NCBI GenBank assembly: GCA_951406725.2
Contig: OX597831.1
Location: 31,620,001 to 31,684,000 of the forward strand
Length of the DNA stretch: 64,000 nt
Origin: Octopus vulgaris
Lineage: Eukaryota
Direction: 5' to 3'
In this document: positions 51,255-64,000 of the stretch, in pieces
How the letters are laid out: every line of letters begins with the position of its first letter
How positions within the stretch are numbered: the stretch's first letter is position 1
Translations under genes and position numbers: made by a program
The notes under the pieces: model-generated
The model's input: the letters and a program-made list of their open reading frames with translations, nothing else
Databases searched by the model: none
Told to the model about the DNA's origin: nothing

Positions 51255-51662
51255 GTAAACCTTTATGAAGTCCTCTTTCAAAAGGATTTTTTTTTTATTT
51301 CCCTCATCCTTCATCTGTTGTCTTTTTAGATTTTCCCTATTTTTTTCTTTCTTTTTTTTTTTTTTGTTGTTAGATATTATGGTTGTGTGGATTAAGAAGC
51401 TAGCATTCAAATGCAACCCTGTGGTTTTGGGTTCATTCCTCATGTGTGGCACCTTGGGCATCTTCTACTATTACCCTGAGCTGCCAAATGCCTTGTGATG
51501 AACTTGATAGACATAAACGATGTGGAAACCTATCGTATATTTGTATTTGTTTTTCCCATCTCTACTTGACAGCTGGTGTTGGTTTGTTGTCATCCTTGTC
51601 ATTTAGTGGTTCAGCAAAAGGGAATGATAGAATAAATACTACACTTGATAAAAAGCTTGTGA

Positions 51663-51983
51663 AGGCATGTGACTTAATGGTTAGGGCATTCAGCTCACAA
51701 CTGTAGGGTCGTGAGTTCCATTCCAGGCGATGCGTTGTGTCCTTGAGCAAGACACTTTATTTCCCATTGCTCCACTCCACTCAGCTGGCAAAAATGAGTG
51801 GTACCTGGATTTCAAAGGGCCGGCCTTGTCACACTCTGTGTCACACTGAATCTCCCTAAGAACTACGTTAGGGGTACACGTGTCTGTGGATTGCTCAGTA
51901 ACTTGCACGTTAATTTCACGAGCAAGCTGTTCCATTGATCGTATCAGTTGGGACCCTCGTCGTCGTAACCAACGGAGTGCTCC
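51663..51983 (+). mobile_element. tRNA-SINE family D
   Basis: A/B-box-like head and 'gtgtccttgagcaagacact' core; related pieces at about 48672 and 63640-63960. Confidence 0.7.
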
Positions 51984-52345
51984 ATGATAAAAAGTAAATG
52001 TTGAAGTTGATTTGTTTCACTCAACTCTTAAAGGCAGTGCCCCAGCATGGCCACAGTCCAATGATTTAACAAGTAAAAGCTGAATGCTAATATTTTGTGT
52101 TTGTTTTACATGAATTCAGAATTAATAACTATGGTTTCCAACTGTAAGGTTATTCAGTAAATTATTTGGGTGGCGGGTCTGTGTGTGCATGCGTGTGTGT
52201 ATGTGTTAGGGAGTCAGGAGGAAACACATGGAATCGAGAGTCATTGAAGAGGTCACAGGGTGTGTGATGAAAGATTTCAGACAAAGGACATTAAAATTAT
52301 AATAATAATAATAATAATAAAAGTAAAGTGAATTCCAAGAATATA

Positions 52346-52377
<32 letters not shown>

Positions 52378-54050
52378 ATGTGTGTGTGTTTAATTGACAA
52401 AACAAATGTGACCATCCCCAACTATAACTAAACATTAATATTTTATTATATTTTTGCCACCTTTAACCTGGGGGTTCTTAACTCACCTTATTCCCTTATA
52501 ATCCATCCTGGCCATTTCAAAGCAACCCAAGTTAAAATGCATGTCACACGCATATTGTTCAGCCCTAGGCCAGCTCTTATTGAACAGACTTGTGATCAGA
52601 AGTGTTCCAGCCATGATCATCCCAACTATTAAGATTGATGCCTTACAATAAGTCCTTCCAATTTTAAGACTGTAAGGAGGGATCTTACAGAGATTTGTAT
52701 GCTATTTCTATCAAGTTGAGTGACCCCCAAGGAAGGACACTATAGTGCTATCATGTTGAGTAACTCTGTAGAGGGATGCTACAGTACAGTTTCTGCTAGT
52801 CTTCCATAAAAACAACTTTGCCCGGACTTGTGCTTTGAAGGGTAACTTTCTAGGTGCAATCCCATGGTCATTCATGAACGAAGGGGGTCACTCTCTCGTG
52901 TATACATTTGCATATATATAAATATGTATGTTTGTGTGTGTGTGTGTGTGTGTACATAGACACACACACACACATATACAAATGTATAAAATATGTATCT
53001 ATGTGTGTGAGTATGTATATATACATACATACATGTGTATATGTATGTGTGTGTATTTGTATTACACCCCACACCACTTGACAACCAGTGTTAGTTTGTT
53101 TACATCCTCATGGCTTAGAAGTTAGGAAACAAAGACTAATAAAATAAGGACCAGACTTTGAAAAAAAAAGCAGTCCTGGTATCAATTAGTTCGATTAAAC
53201 CCTTGAATGCAGTGCCCCAGCATGGCCACAGTCCATTGACTGAAACAAATAAAAGAAGTGAATGATGTGTGTATAGGAATAAAGTATTGAGTAAGTAAAT
53301 GACAGGTCTTGAGTTCAAATCTCTTAAAAGTGTGACTGTGTGGGTAGGCACAGGCGTGACTGTGTGGTAAGTAGCTTGCTTACCAACCACATGGTTCTGG
53401 GTTCAGTCCCCCTATGTGACACATTGAGCAAGTGTCTTCTACTGTAGCCTAGGGCCAGCCAAAGCCTTGTGAGTGGATTTGGTAGACGGAAACTGAAAGA
53501 AGCCCGTTGTATATATATATATATATATACATATTGGGTTGACAACTAAATTCCCACCGTTTTATGGGGGAGGGTTGCAAGAAGGAAGAAAGAAATATAG
53601 ACACAAGAAGGGATCAAGAAAAAATAGTATATATGGGGGGGGGGGCATGGAGAGACTTAGGTGGAAAACCAGTCTGGTCCTTCTTCACCAGAATGTCCTC
53701 CCACTGGAATTCTCCCCTTGCCTATGTTTCTTGCAGTGGTTAATATACAATGGCTCAAGAGGAACACTAATGGTGTCACTAATATGGGGGACCTGTGAAG
53801 GACCATGGGGTACTGACCCTTCCTTGTGAACCAGAGAGTAAAAAAAATAAAAACAAGAATAAGAGAGAAACACAAACAAACAAGGATAAGAAAAGAGAGT
53901 GGGGAGTGAAGAGATAGAGATACAGTAAAGAAAGAAAGCAAGCAAGAAGGAAATCTATTTTTGAATACTCTCCACCACCACCACCACACCCCCTGCATCA
54001 TGGGTCTCACCATAACTTTATCATCTCAATTTCTCTCTTTCTTCTCCAAG

Positions 54051-54214
54051 GTGAAAATAGTTCTCAGAAAAGCTGATAAAGATGTCCTCACCTTGAAGTT
54101 TGCAGCCACCAACACCAACATCAGCAACTGGTTTTCTGGTCCCAACCTAAAATTTGCTCCTTGGTCTGATCTACCACCAGACAATACGACATACAAGATG
54201 GATATTGTCTATAA
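54051..54214 (+). CDS. Same gene, exon 3
   Basis: cttctccaag| and aa|gtgagt; phase 0-2; VKIVL...F...NWF...L...PWSDL continues a pattern I recall from uncharacterised mollusc PAN-associated proteins. Confidence 0.75.
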
Positions 54215-55214
54215 GTGAGTTACAACTGGTTTTGAATCATAGCTTTATGCACGCACGCACACATGCAAGTACACACACACGGGCACAGGCATGACTCTCC
54301 AACAACATACAAGGGGGTGCTGAAGAGATCCTGGCTTTGGATTCCGTGCTGGTGGCACGTAAAAAGCCCCAATCCGATCGTGGCCATTGCCAGCCTCGCC
54401 TGGTACCTGTGCCGGTGGCACGTAAAAAGCACCAATCCGATTGTGGCCGTTGCCAGCCTCGCCTGGCACGTAAAAAGCAACCACTACACTCACAGAGTGG
54501 TTGGCATTAGGAAGGGCATCCAGCTGTAGAAACACTGCCAGATCAGACTGGAGCCTGGTGCAGCCTTCTGGCTTCCTAGATCCCGGTCGAACCGTCCAAC
54601 CCATGCTAGCATGGAAAACGGACGTCAAACGATGATGATGATCAGTTAATTATGATTTTATTCAACATATTCCCCTCTCAGATTCACACACTCATTGCAA
54701 TGGTCTGTCAATTCTTCTAAGCCCTGTAAAAGATCTTGGAAGTTTGAGCCTCCAACCAGGTCTTTTGTAATACTCTTAAAGTCAGGAACCTCCCTCGTAG
54801 TTTCAGGTTCAATCCCACAGTGTGACAAGTGTCTTCTATCATAGTTCCAGGCTAACCAAAACTCTGTGAGCGAATTTGGGAGATGCAAAATGGAAGAAGC
54901 TTGTCACATATATGTATATGTGTATCTTTATTACCCACAAGGGTTAAGTACATATATATGGGAACTTAAGGATAAAAAAATAAATTATAATTTACAATGA
55001 AAAATACTTATATCTGCACCAGAAAAATAGAAAACGCTCATTATGCATTAACGAGATTTTCTTTATAATTAGGAGTAATTTACCGATTATTAACAATTTT
55101 AAGGAATGTAAAGCCTCATGTCTCCATAAAATTGGGTATACTTTCTCCAGATATAAATAGTACTTATAAAATACCCTTTGAAATAAATGCAACTAGTTAT
55201 AATCTTTCTTTCTT

Positions 55215-55605
55215 TATCTTTTACTTGTTTCAGTCATTTGACTGCGGCCATGCTGGAGCACCGCCTTTAGTCGAGCAAATCGACCCCGGGACTTATTCTT
55301 TGTAAGCCCAGTACTTATACTATCGGTCTCTTTTTGCCGAACCGCTAAGTGACGGGGACGTAATCACACCAGCATCGGTTGTCAAGCAATGCTAGGGGGA
55401 CAAACACAGACACACAAATACACACATACATATATATATATACATATATACGACAGGCTTCTTTCAGTTTCTGCCTACCAAATCCACTCACAAGACATTG
55501 GTCGGCCCGGGGCTATAGCAGAAGACACTTGCCCAAGATGCCACGCAGTGGGTCTGAACCCGGAACCATGTGGTTGGTTAGCAAGCAATTTACCACACAG
55601 CCACT
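55215..55605 (-). mobile_element. tRNA-SINE family A
   Basis: Near-identical reverse complement of 29853-30236. Confidence 0.85.
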
Positions 55606-56756
55606 CGAGCACTTTTACTTTATTATATTTAGGAGTACAGAAATTGAAATGGGTTATGGGCATATTGTTATTTGTATATGTATGTATATGTGTGTAATAT
55701 ATGTATATGTAAGTGAATATGTTTATATATATATATATATTCTAGCAAAAACTATATATATATATATAAGTGTTTATTTGTGTGTACATATTTGTATATT
55801 CTTTATGTACTTGCATTTGTTTGTAGATATATCCATATATTTATGTATATTGATATATATTTACACTTGTTATTTAGTATATAGTTATGTATAAAGTATG
55901 TGTGAATGTACTAACCCACTTGAGTACACTAGTGGATTTGTATAGGTGTTGATGGATATGTGTATATATATGTATGTATGTATGTATATTTGTGTACATG
56001 TTATTACGATAAACTAATATGATTTATTTAACTAATAATCTGACCTCCTATTGTTTACAACAGATCAAGCGGATAAGTTCAAATGAATTAGCCAATTAGA
56101 AATAGCTTATGATTTAAAATAACCGCCCCCTAACCCCTAATAATTTTGAAAATCTTTAATATATATATAATATAAGCATAAATATTGTGGATTAAATTCA
56201 GCTTTGACAAAAAGTTAGGAATTACTCTTTTGGATTTTACAATTGAATTTGTTTGCTTTATGTGGATGTATAAAATGATAACTATATTCTGATTGTCTGG
56301 TTTATATGCTTATACGCATGTATTTTTGTATGTATATATATATATATTAGCCTGCTCGCTTAGCCAGTGGGGTGGCATCATTTGAAGGCTAAAACAATGT
56401 GAAGCGCATTGTGACCAGCGATGTGTAACAAAATCTGATAGCCTGGTCGGTCACGGTGATCACGGTGATATATATATATATTGAATCTTGTATCGTGAAT
56501 TTTTGATATGTTAGAAGACATTATTATAGTATGTAAGATCTGTTGAAGATTACTGTTAATACAATAATATTGTTGTTACTGATAAGCATAGACGTGTTTA
56601 TATGTTCTAATGTATTTATATACGTATATGACATATGGTATATCCACTGGAATATATTGTTTAATTGTGTTCATTAATGTGTTTTGTGCATGTGAATAGT
56701 ATATACGCTTTGCTTATGTATGTATATGTGTGTATATATGTATTTGTGTGTATATA

Positions 56757-56793
<37 letters not shown>

Positions 56794-56874
56794 TTGGATA
56801 TTTGTTTATTGTTTATTTTTTATATATTAAGTAATATGTGTATCATGTTCAGTATATTAATATTAATATTTTTA

Positions 56875-57038
56875 AAGTTCTTTATAATCTCTGACGAGGC
56901 CTATGGTTTTTTTAATATATAAGTATTTTTTTTTTTAAATGCCTACAACCTTAGTATGTTGACATCTATAGGCAAATAAAATTAAATTTACTTTTGACCA
57001 TAGGCTGAAACAGCTGTAAGAAGTAATCTTTAGGACTT
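56875..57038 (+). ncRNA. Type I hammerhead ribozyme motif with a greatly extended stem II
   Basis: TCT CTGACGA GGCCTATGGT [about 90 nt] ACCATAGGCT GAAA CAGCTG TA AGA; distal stem I AAGTTCT/AGGACTT. Confidence 0.75.
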
Positions 57039-57213
57039 CATTAATTTATACTATGACTTTTAAAATCTGTATTTGTATTATTATCTATTGATTTATATAA
57101 TATTTTTTGTATGCTTTTGATGTTCTAATTTGTAAAATGAATAAATAATCCAACCATTATAATATCCGTAAGTTGATGAACAAACCAAATTTGTTTCTCC
57201 ATTTTCTTATTTG

Positions 57214-57249
<36 letters not shown>

Positions 57250-57844
57250 GTATATATACTTGATGTATATAGAGCTATAACTATGAGCATTTCAATTTTG
57301 GGGGGAAAACCTTTAACAGGGGGAAAAAAAAAGTTAACAGCCAAATAGTTAGTTACATAAGCAGCTGTTAACTAGATTAATAGTTGTGTGTGTGTGTGTG
57401 TGTGCATATGTATATATGCTGTCCAACTGAATCATCTCTTCCAATCATATGAAGTAAAACCTTCAACTTTTTTGTGTATTTTGACAAGATTCCAGTTAGC
57501 TTTTTCGTGAATCCGACTGTAAAATATTGTCCAGACATTACTATTAGACAAATCTCTGTGATGGGTGTTTTAGAAAATGACCTTTAAGCCAAGTATTGAG
57601 AAGAAAGATCCATCAAGCTGAGTGATGTTGTAGTCATGGCAGATACTGAGGTCATGCAAGTGGCACCCGTGCTGCTGGCACGTAAAAGCACCCATTACAC
57701 TCTCGGAGTGGTTGGTGTTAGGAAGGGCATCAAGCCATAGAAGCCATGCCAAATCAGACTGGAGTTTGGTGCAGCCTGCCAGCCCTGGTTAAACCATCCA
57801 ATCCATGCTAACACGGACAACGGACATTAAATGATGATGATGAC

Positions 57845-57920
<76 letters not shown>

Positions 57921-58812
57921 AAATGTGTGTGTGTGTATAATATCACCGTGTCTCTTTTATTCACTCTGTGAGTTACTTGGTGACTTCAGCAGTGCGTGCT
58001 GACGGCATGATGAAATGCACCTAGTGCACTCTGTTAAATGGTTGGCGAATTGAGCAGAGGATTCTTTAGTATTGCTGAAGGTTGAGCAACCTCTCCAGTG
58101 CTGGTGTCTCAAGAAACTGCCCCCACCCAGTTTTGCTCTGTAATGTGGTTGATTTTACAGAAGAGTCTTTCACCCCTGAAACTGCCAAAACTTTGTAAAG
58201 ATGATCAGATGCAGCATGGACCTTCAGTTCACCTGAGAGGGCACCAAATGTCTTGGATTATAAAGAACTGCCCAACCCATTACCAGTATAGAAACTTGGT
58301 GGGAGGAGGGCAGATGATATGAGTGGATGGCTAATGTATTGATTTGCTAAGACACAGGATGAGTGTCCAAGACAACTGTAGGAAAAACACTATATTCGAC
58401 ATGACCTTAATCACCTAAAGTGTTAACAATGATATTCTCCAGATGATTTGATGATAATGCCATTGGTAATCTGGGGATAATATCATTGATAATCTGTTAT
58501 TCATTCTTGCTGCTTCAATACCATTGCAAAATTCACTTGAGTTTTTCCTCAAAATCATTGCTGATGTTTTGCCCCTCCCCCAAGGGAGATGTCTAAAGTC
58601 AATAGTGCCATCACAACCCCCCACAGTCTTGCTACCATCCCACTACAATCCCATCGCTGTCCCTGTCTGACCCAGCTTCAGTACAACAGTTGATCCACCA
58701 ATACTTCCAGCCATCTGTCCCAGTGACACACTTTTAAATCTTCCTTTTAAACCCCAGTTTTCTCTCCACCAACCACCCCTCACTCAAAATGTTCCTTGTT
58801 TTCATATTGCAG

Positions 58813-60060
58813 CATAACAAGTGATGTTAATTCACATAACAACACTAACCAAGTTGACCATGGTAACCAAGGTAACAACACTAACAACATTGACAACAGT
58901 AACCAAGGTAACAGCACTAACAACATTGACAACAGTAACCAAGGTAACAGCACTAACCAAGGTGACAACAATAGATATGATGCGAATAAAGTCATGGAGA
59001 ACAATGGTAAAGTTGAGGCTAAGAAGGTGCATGATGATGATAAGGACAAAGACAAATGTAAGGGTGAAGGGAAGGGTAAGGGCGATTGTAAAGATAAAGA
59101 TGATAAGGACAAAGACAAGTGTAAGGGTGAAGGGAAGGGGAAGGGCGATTGTAAGGATAAAGATGATAAGGACAAAGACAAGTGTAAGGGTGAAGGGAAG
59201 GGGAAGGGCGATTGTAAGGATAAAGATGATAAGGACAAAGACAAGTGTAAGGGTGAAGGGAAGGGGAAGGGCGATTGTAAGGATAAAGATGATAAGGACA
59301 AAAACAAGTGTAAGGGTGAAGGGAAGGGGAAGGGCGATTGTAAGGATAAAGATGATAAGGACAAAGACAAGTGTAAGGGTGAAGGGAAGGGGAAGGGCGA
59401 TTGTAAGGATAAAGATGATAAGGACAAAGACAAGTGTAAGGGTGAAGGGAAGGGGAAGGGCGATTGTAAGGATAAAGATGATAAGGACAAAGACAAGTGT
59501 AAGGGTGAAGGGAAGGGGAAGGGCGATTGTAAGGATAAAGATGATAAGGACAAAGACAAGTGTAAGGGTGAAGGGAAGGGGAAGGGCGATTGTAAGGATA
59601 AAGATGATAAGGACAAAGACAAGTGTAAGGGTGAAGGGAAGGGGAAGGGCGATTGTAAGGATAAAGATGATAAGGACAAAGACAAGTGTAAGGGTGAAGG
59701 GAAGGGGAAGGGCGATTGTAAGGATAAAGATGATAAGGACAAAGAGAAATGTAAGGGTGAAGGGAAGGGTAAGGGCGATTGTAAGGATAAAGATGATAAG
59801 GACAAAGACAAATGTAAGGGTGATGGGAAGGATAAAGGTGATTGTAAGGATGAAAAGAAGGACAGTGATGATGGTAAAGATAAGTGCAAGAGCCAAGGAA
59901 AAGGCCAGAATCAGTGCAACAATACTAGTGAAGGCAACATCAATGATGAAAGCCTCAACAGTAACCATGGCAATAACAGTAAGCAAGAAAACAACAGTAA
60001 CAGCAGCAACGACATCAATTCTGAAGTGAAACCCCTAAATTTACATAAAAACAACCCAAG
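58813..60060 (+). CDS. Candidate 1248-nt exon: Asn-rich segment, 13 x DKDKDKCKGEGKGKGDCKDKD, Asn/Ser-rich segment; possibly exon 4 of the PAN-domain gene
   Basis: ttttcatattgcag| acceptor and caag|gtaatg donor, phase 2-2; several unit differences are synonymous in this frame; non-repetitive flanks stay open. Confidence 0.6.
59039..59857 (+). repeat. 63-bp minisatellite, 13 copies
   Basis: First unit at 59039, last at 59795 (12 x 63 apart). Confidence 0.95.
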
Positions 60061-60485
60061 GTAATGATCAATGTTTTTGTTGTTATATTTTAGGCCTAGG
60101 TCAATAGATCTATGTGATCAATATATTAAGAGATTCACTGACAGCACGAAACTGGCTCAAATTCTAAATTTGACCCCAACCATCAAATCTCCTTTATACA
60201 ATAGTGTTGTTAATTAAATTGCGGTTTCGTTTAGCCTCGTTGTCTTTTACATATGTAATCTTTTATCTGTTTCAGTTATTTGAGTGTGGCCATGCTGGGC
60301 AGCACTGCCTTGAAGTCCTTTTAGTTGAAGGAATCGACCCCAGGATTTTCTTTTCTTTAAAGCCTGGTTCTTATTTTATTGGATCTTTTACCAGACTGCT
60401 TAGTTACAGGGACATAAACATACCAACACTGGTTATCAAGCAGTGGTGGGGGACAAACACAGGCACAGACACACTCATAAGTGTG

Positions 60486-60516
<31 letters not shown>

Positions 60517-60559
60517 ATATATATATGTATATGTTAGCATGGAGAACGGACGTTAAACG

Positions 60560-60815
60560 ATGATGATGATGATGTATATGTATATATGTGTATATATATG
60601 TATATATATGTATATATATGTGTATATATATGTATATATATATGTGTGTATATATATGTATATATATATGTGTATATATGTATATATATGTGTATATATA
60701 TGTGTATATATGTGTATATATATGTATATATATGTATATATATATGTATATATATGTATATATATATATATGTATATATATGTATGTATATATATATATA
60801 TATATACACATACAC
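60560..60815. repeat. (TA)/(TATG) compound microsatellite inside a SINE A copy (about 60258-60925, -)
   Basis: Directly visible. Confidence 0.9.
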
Positions 60816-62132
60816 ACATGATGGGCTTCTTTCAGTTTCTGTTTAACAAATCCATTCACAAGGTGCTATGCAGCGGGACTGAACCCAGAACCATGTGGTT
60901 GGGAAGCAAACTTCTTACCACCCATCCACACTTGCACCTAGGACATTCGAAGAGGCAACAAATGATTTTTAGGATTATAATCGTCCTCAGTAATGAACCT
61001 GTTCTGGACATTAAGAGGGAGCTTTTTGTTACCAACACATTTACACAATACCTGACTGCAACTGAACTAGGAACCTGCATTTCTAAGCTAAACGTAGAGA
61101 CACTCTTATCAGTGAAATCACTGATGCATGTTCAATGAGTGGTGGATTATCAGAAAGGTGCCCGTGTTGGCCAAAATCCATTGACAAAACTGGGTTCCAG
61201 TTTTGTCAATGTTGATTTTGGTTCAGAGGTGAAATCATGATTGTGTGGTCGAGAAGTTTGCTTTGCAAACATGTGGGTATTGAGTGCAAACCCTTGACCC
61301 AACACCTTGGGCAAACGTCTTCAATTAAAGCTGCATGCTGGCCAGTGCCTGGCGAGTGAATTTGGTTGAGAGAAACTGTGTGGAAGCCCATTGTATGTGT
61401 GTGTGTGTTTCAGTCTGTGTTTGCCCCCACCTCCCTGCCCCACCAGTTGACAACTGGTATTGGTCTGCCGCCATGTTCTGAGTTCAAATTCCGCCGAGGT
61501 CGACTTTGCCTTTCATCCTTTTGGGGTCGATTAAATAAGTACCAGTTACGCACTGGGGTCGATGTAATCGACTTAATCCGTTTGTCTGTCCTTGTTTGTC
61601 CCCTCTGTGTTTAGCCCCTTGTGGGTAGTAAAGAAATAGGTATTAGTTTGTTTACATCCCCATAAATTAGCAGTTCGACAAAAGATACCAATAGAATAAA
61701 TACCAGACCTTAAAAAAATAAGCACCGGGGTCAATTTGATTAAAACCCTTTTAGGGGCCACTAGAATAAGTACCAGGTTTTAAAGTGAAAAAAAGGTTCT
61801 GGGGTCGGTTCATTTGACTAAATTCTTTTGAGGCATTGCCCCAGCATGGCCACAGTCCAATGACTGAAACAAAAGATTAAACAAAGTCATACTATGTTGA
61901 TGTCTGGGTCAGCTTTATTATTTAGTCTTCCACAACCCTAATATATTGATTATTCCTTCAATTTTCTACATTTCTACTATTATTTTCTCTTTTAATTATA
62001 CAAATTACATTCCACGTTGATGTGCAATTTTTTTCTATTTTGGCACCATTTCTGTTTAGCCATTCCTGCTAGAATACCGTTTGTGCCTTCAATGTTCAGT
62101 TAGAAGTCTTTATCAATGTACGTCCTTGGATT

Positions 62133-62545
62133 TCAGAACAACCTGCTGTGCTTGAGGAGACCTATTGAGTCAAGTACATGAACATCGAAATAAATATCAA
62201 TGGAAATAGTAGTTGTGATACCTGTGCCGGTGGCACGTAAAAAGCACCATCCGAACGTGGCCGATGCCAGCGCCGCCTTGACTGGCTTCTGTGCTGGTGG
62301 CACGTAAAAAGCACCAGCCAATCATGGCCGCTGCCAGACTCCCCTGGCACCTGTGCTGGTGGCACGTAAAAAGCACCCACTACACTCACGGAGTGGTTGG
62401 CGTTAGGAAGGGCATCCAGCTGTAGGAACACTGCCAGATCAGACTGGAGCCTGCTGCAGCCTCCTGGCTTCCCAGACCCCGGTCGAACCGTCCAACCAGT
62501 GCTAGCACGGAAAACAGACGTTAAACGATGATGATGATGATGATC
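62133..62545 (+). mobile_element. RTE 3'-UTR short element (another copy at about 54340-54640)
   Basis: GGTGGCACGTAAAAAGCACC subrepeats and (GAT)n tail. Confidence 0.85.
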
Positions 62546-63245
62546 CATTCTCATCTTTTGCAGACTCCATGATTCTCCTTTATATAAAACCTTTTTACAA
62601 ATATTTATGTTTTAAACATATTCCGTCTAATATCCTGGAAAGCGGACGTTAAACGATGATGATGATGATGATGATGAAGAAGATGGTGAGCTGGCAGAAC
62701 TGTTAGCACACTGGATGAAATGCTTAGCAGTATTTCGTCTGCCGCTGCGTTCTGAGTTCAAATTCCGTTGGGGTCAACTTTGCCTTTCTTCCTTTTGAGG
62801 TTGATGAAATGAGTACCTGTTATGCACTGGGGTCAAAGTAATTGACCCCTTCCCCAAATATTCAGGCCTTGTGCCTACAGTAGAAAGGATTATCATTATT
62901 ATTATAATTCCTGAATTTCATTGTTGGTGTGTCATTCAATGGTATTGTCCCTTCCTCTTTAAATGGCTCTCTCAGATGTTTTGCTTGAAGATGCCCTCAT
63001 CTTGTTTTAAGCTAATTATTGTAATTAAGGCCAATATAATTAATGTAAGACTTTCTTTTCCTAGAGTACTGCACTTTTTATGCATATTAATAGGATTGTA
63101 GTATTTTTTCTGTTTTCACAGTGTCCTCCCCAACCACCTGGTCCCAGGTTCAGTTTCACTGTACAGCACCTTGGGCAAGTGTCTTCTACTATAGCCCTGG
63201 GCTGACCAAAGTGGATTTGGATGACAAGAACTGAAATAAGCCCAT

Positions 63246-63319
<74 letters not shown>

Positions 63320-63699
63320 CTGGTGCCACATAAACTGCACTCATGCCAATGCTGCATAAATGCACCCATGCCAGTGGCACGTAAAAAGCACCCAGCACAC
63401 ACACACCCTGCGAAGTGGTTGGTGTTAGAAAGGGCATCCAACTATAGAAACGATGCCAAAACAGGCAACTGGAGTCCGGACAGCTCCCTGGCTGGCCAAC
63501 TGCTGTCAAACCGTCCAACACATGCCAGCATGCGAAGTGGACAGTAAATGATGATGATGGTTGGTCGGTCTACATTACTTTGTAAGGAGTACAGGACCAC
63601 TTTCCCAGTTTCTCTGGCATATACCCGCCCCCAGAAGGGACACTGGTCTATCGCAGAGTTACTCCTTTTCACCAGCTGAGTGGACTGGAGCAATGTGAA

Positions 63700-63885
63700 G
63701 TTAAGTTAATTTTTTGGCTCAAAAAGCAAAAAGCAAGGCCATGTAGGAGAACATGGAGTTATGTACAGGGTGGTGTTCATGCAAAGAGTTCAGGCCATTT
63801 CTGGTCAAGGGAGACTTTGAACCGAGCAGTTGTCGGCATCTTCACTATCTCATCCAGCAGCCTATTCCACGGATCCGCAACCCGG
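63700..63885 (-). mobile_element. CR1/L2-type LINE 3' end nested in SINE D
   Basis: Reverse complement of about 29180-29365. Confidence 0.8.
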
Positions 63886-64000
63886 AAGTGAAGTGTTTTG
63901 CTCAAGGAACCACCATCTTACAGTCATGAATCAAAGGCCCTAACCACTAAGCCATGTGCCTCCACACATACTCATGTGAATGTGTATGTGTATCACCTTG

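Noticed and set aside
59039-59857. Twin CX9C mitochondrial Mia40-substrate interpretation
   Set aside because: Spacing fits, but the repeats are Gly-rich and lack the hydrophobic amphipathic-helix residues of CHCH proteins
58780-60029. Alternative-frame ORFs over the 63-bp repeat (Ser/Leu/Pro-rich, hydrophobic, Arg/Lys/Ile-rich)
   Set aside because: By-products of a stop-free repeat; synonymous variation and splice phases favour the K/D/G/C frame

Overview
AT-rich, microsatellite- and transposon-dense animal genomic DNA. The SINE and RTE repertoire suggests an octopod cephalopod (inference from recalled repeat families, not from a search). Two spliced + strand genes are visible. (1) The last five coding exons of ADP-dependent glucokinase (ADPGK, 771-10424). 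(2) A probably secreted PAN/Apple-domain protein (exons from 49846 to 54214), followed by a phase-compatible 1248-nt candidate exon (58813-60060) encoding 13 copies of a 21-aa Lys/Asp/Gly/Cys repeat. The rest is mobile DNA: RTE, CR1/L2-type, Tx1/L1-like, HERO-like and Penelope-like retroelements, hAT/Tc1/mariner relics, tRNA-SINEs and palindromic elements. The most notable signals are: several type I hammerhead ribozyme motifs, some inside long palindromes in an ADPGK intron; a head-to-tail Helitron concatemer carrying about 180 copies of a 22-bp CpG-rich satellite that matches the NRF1 consensus; and the repeat exon, which also carries G-quadruplex motifs. Repeat boundaries are read by eye and are approximate.
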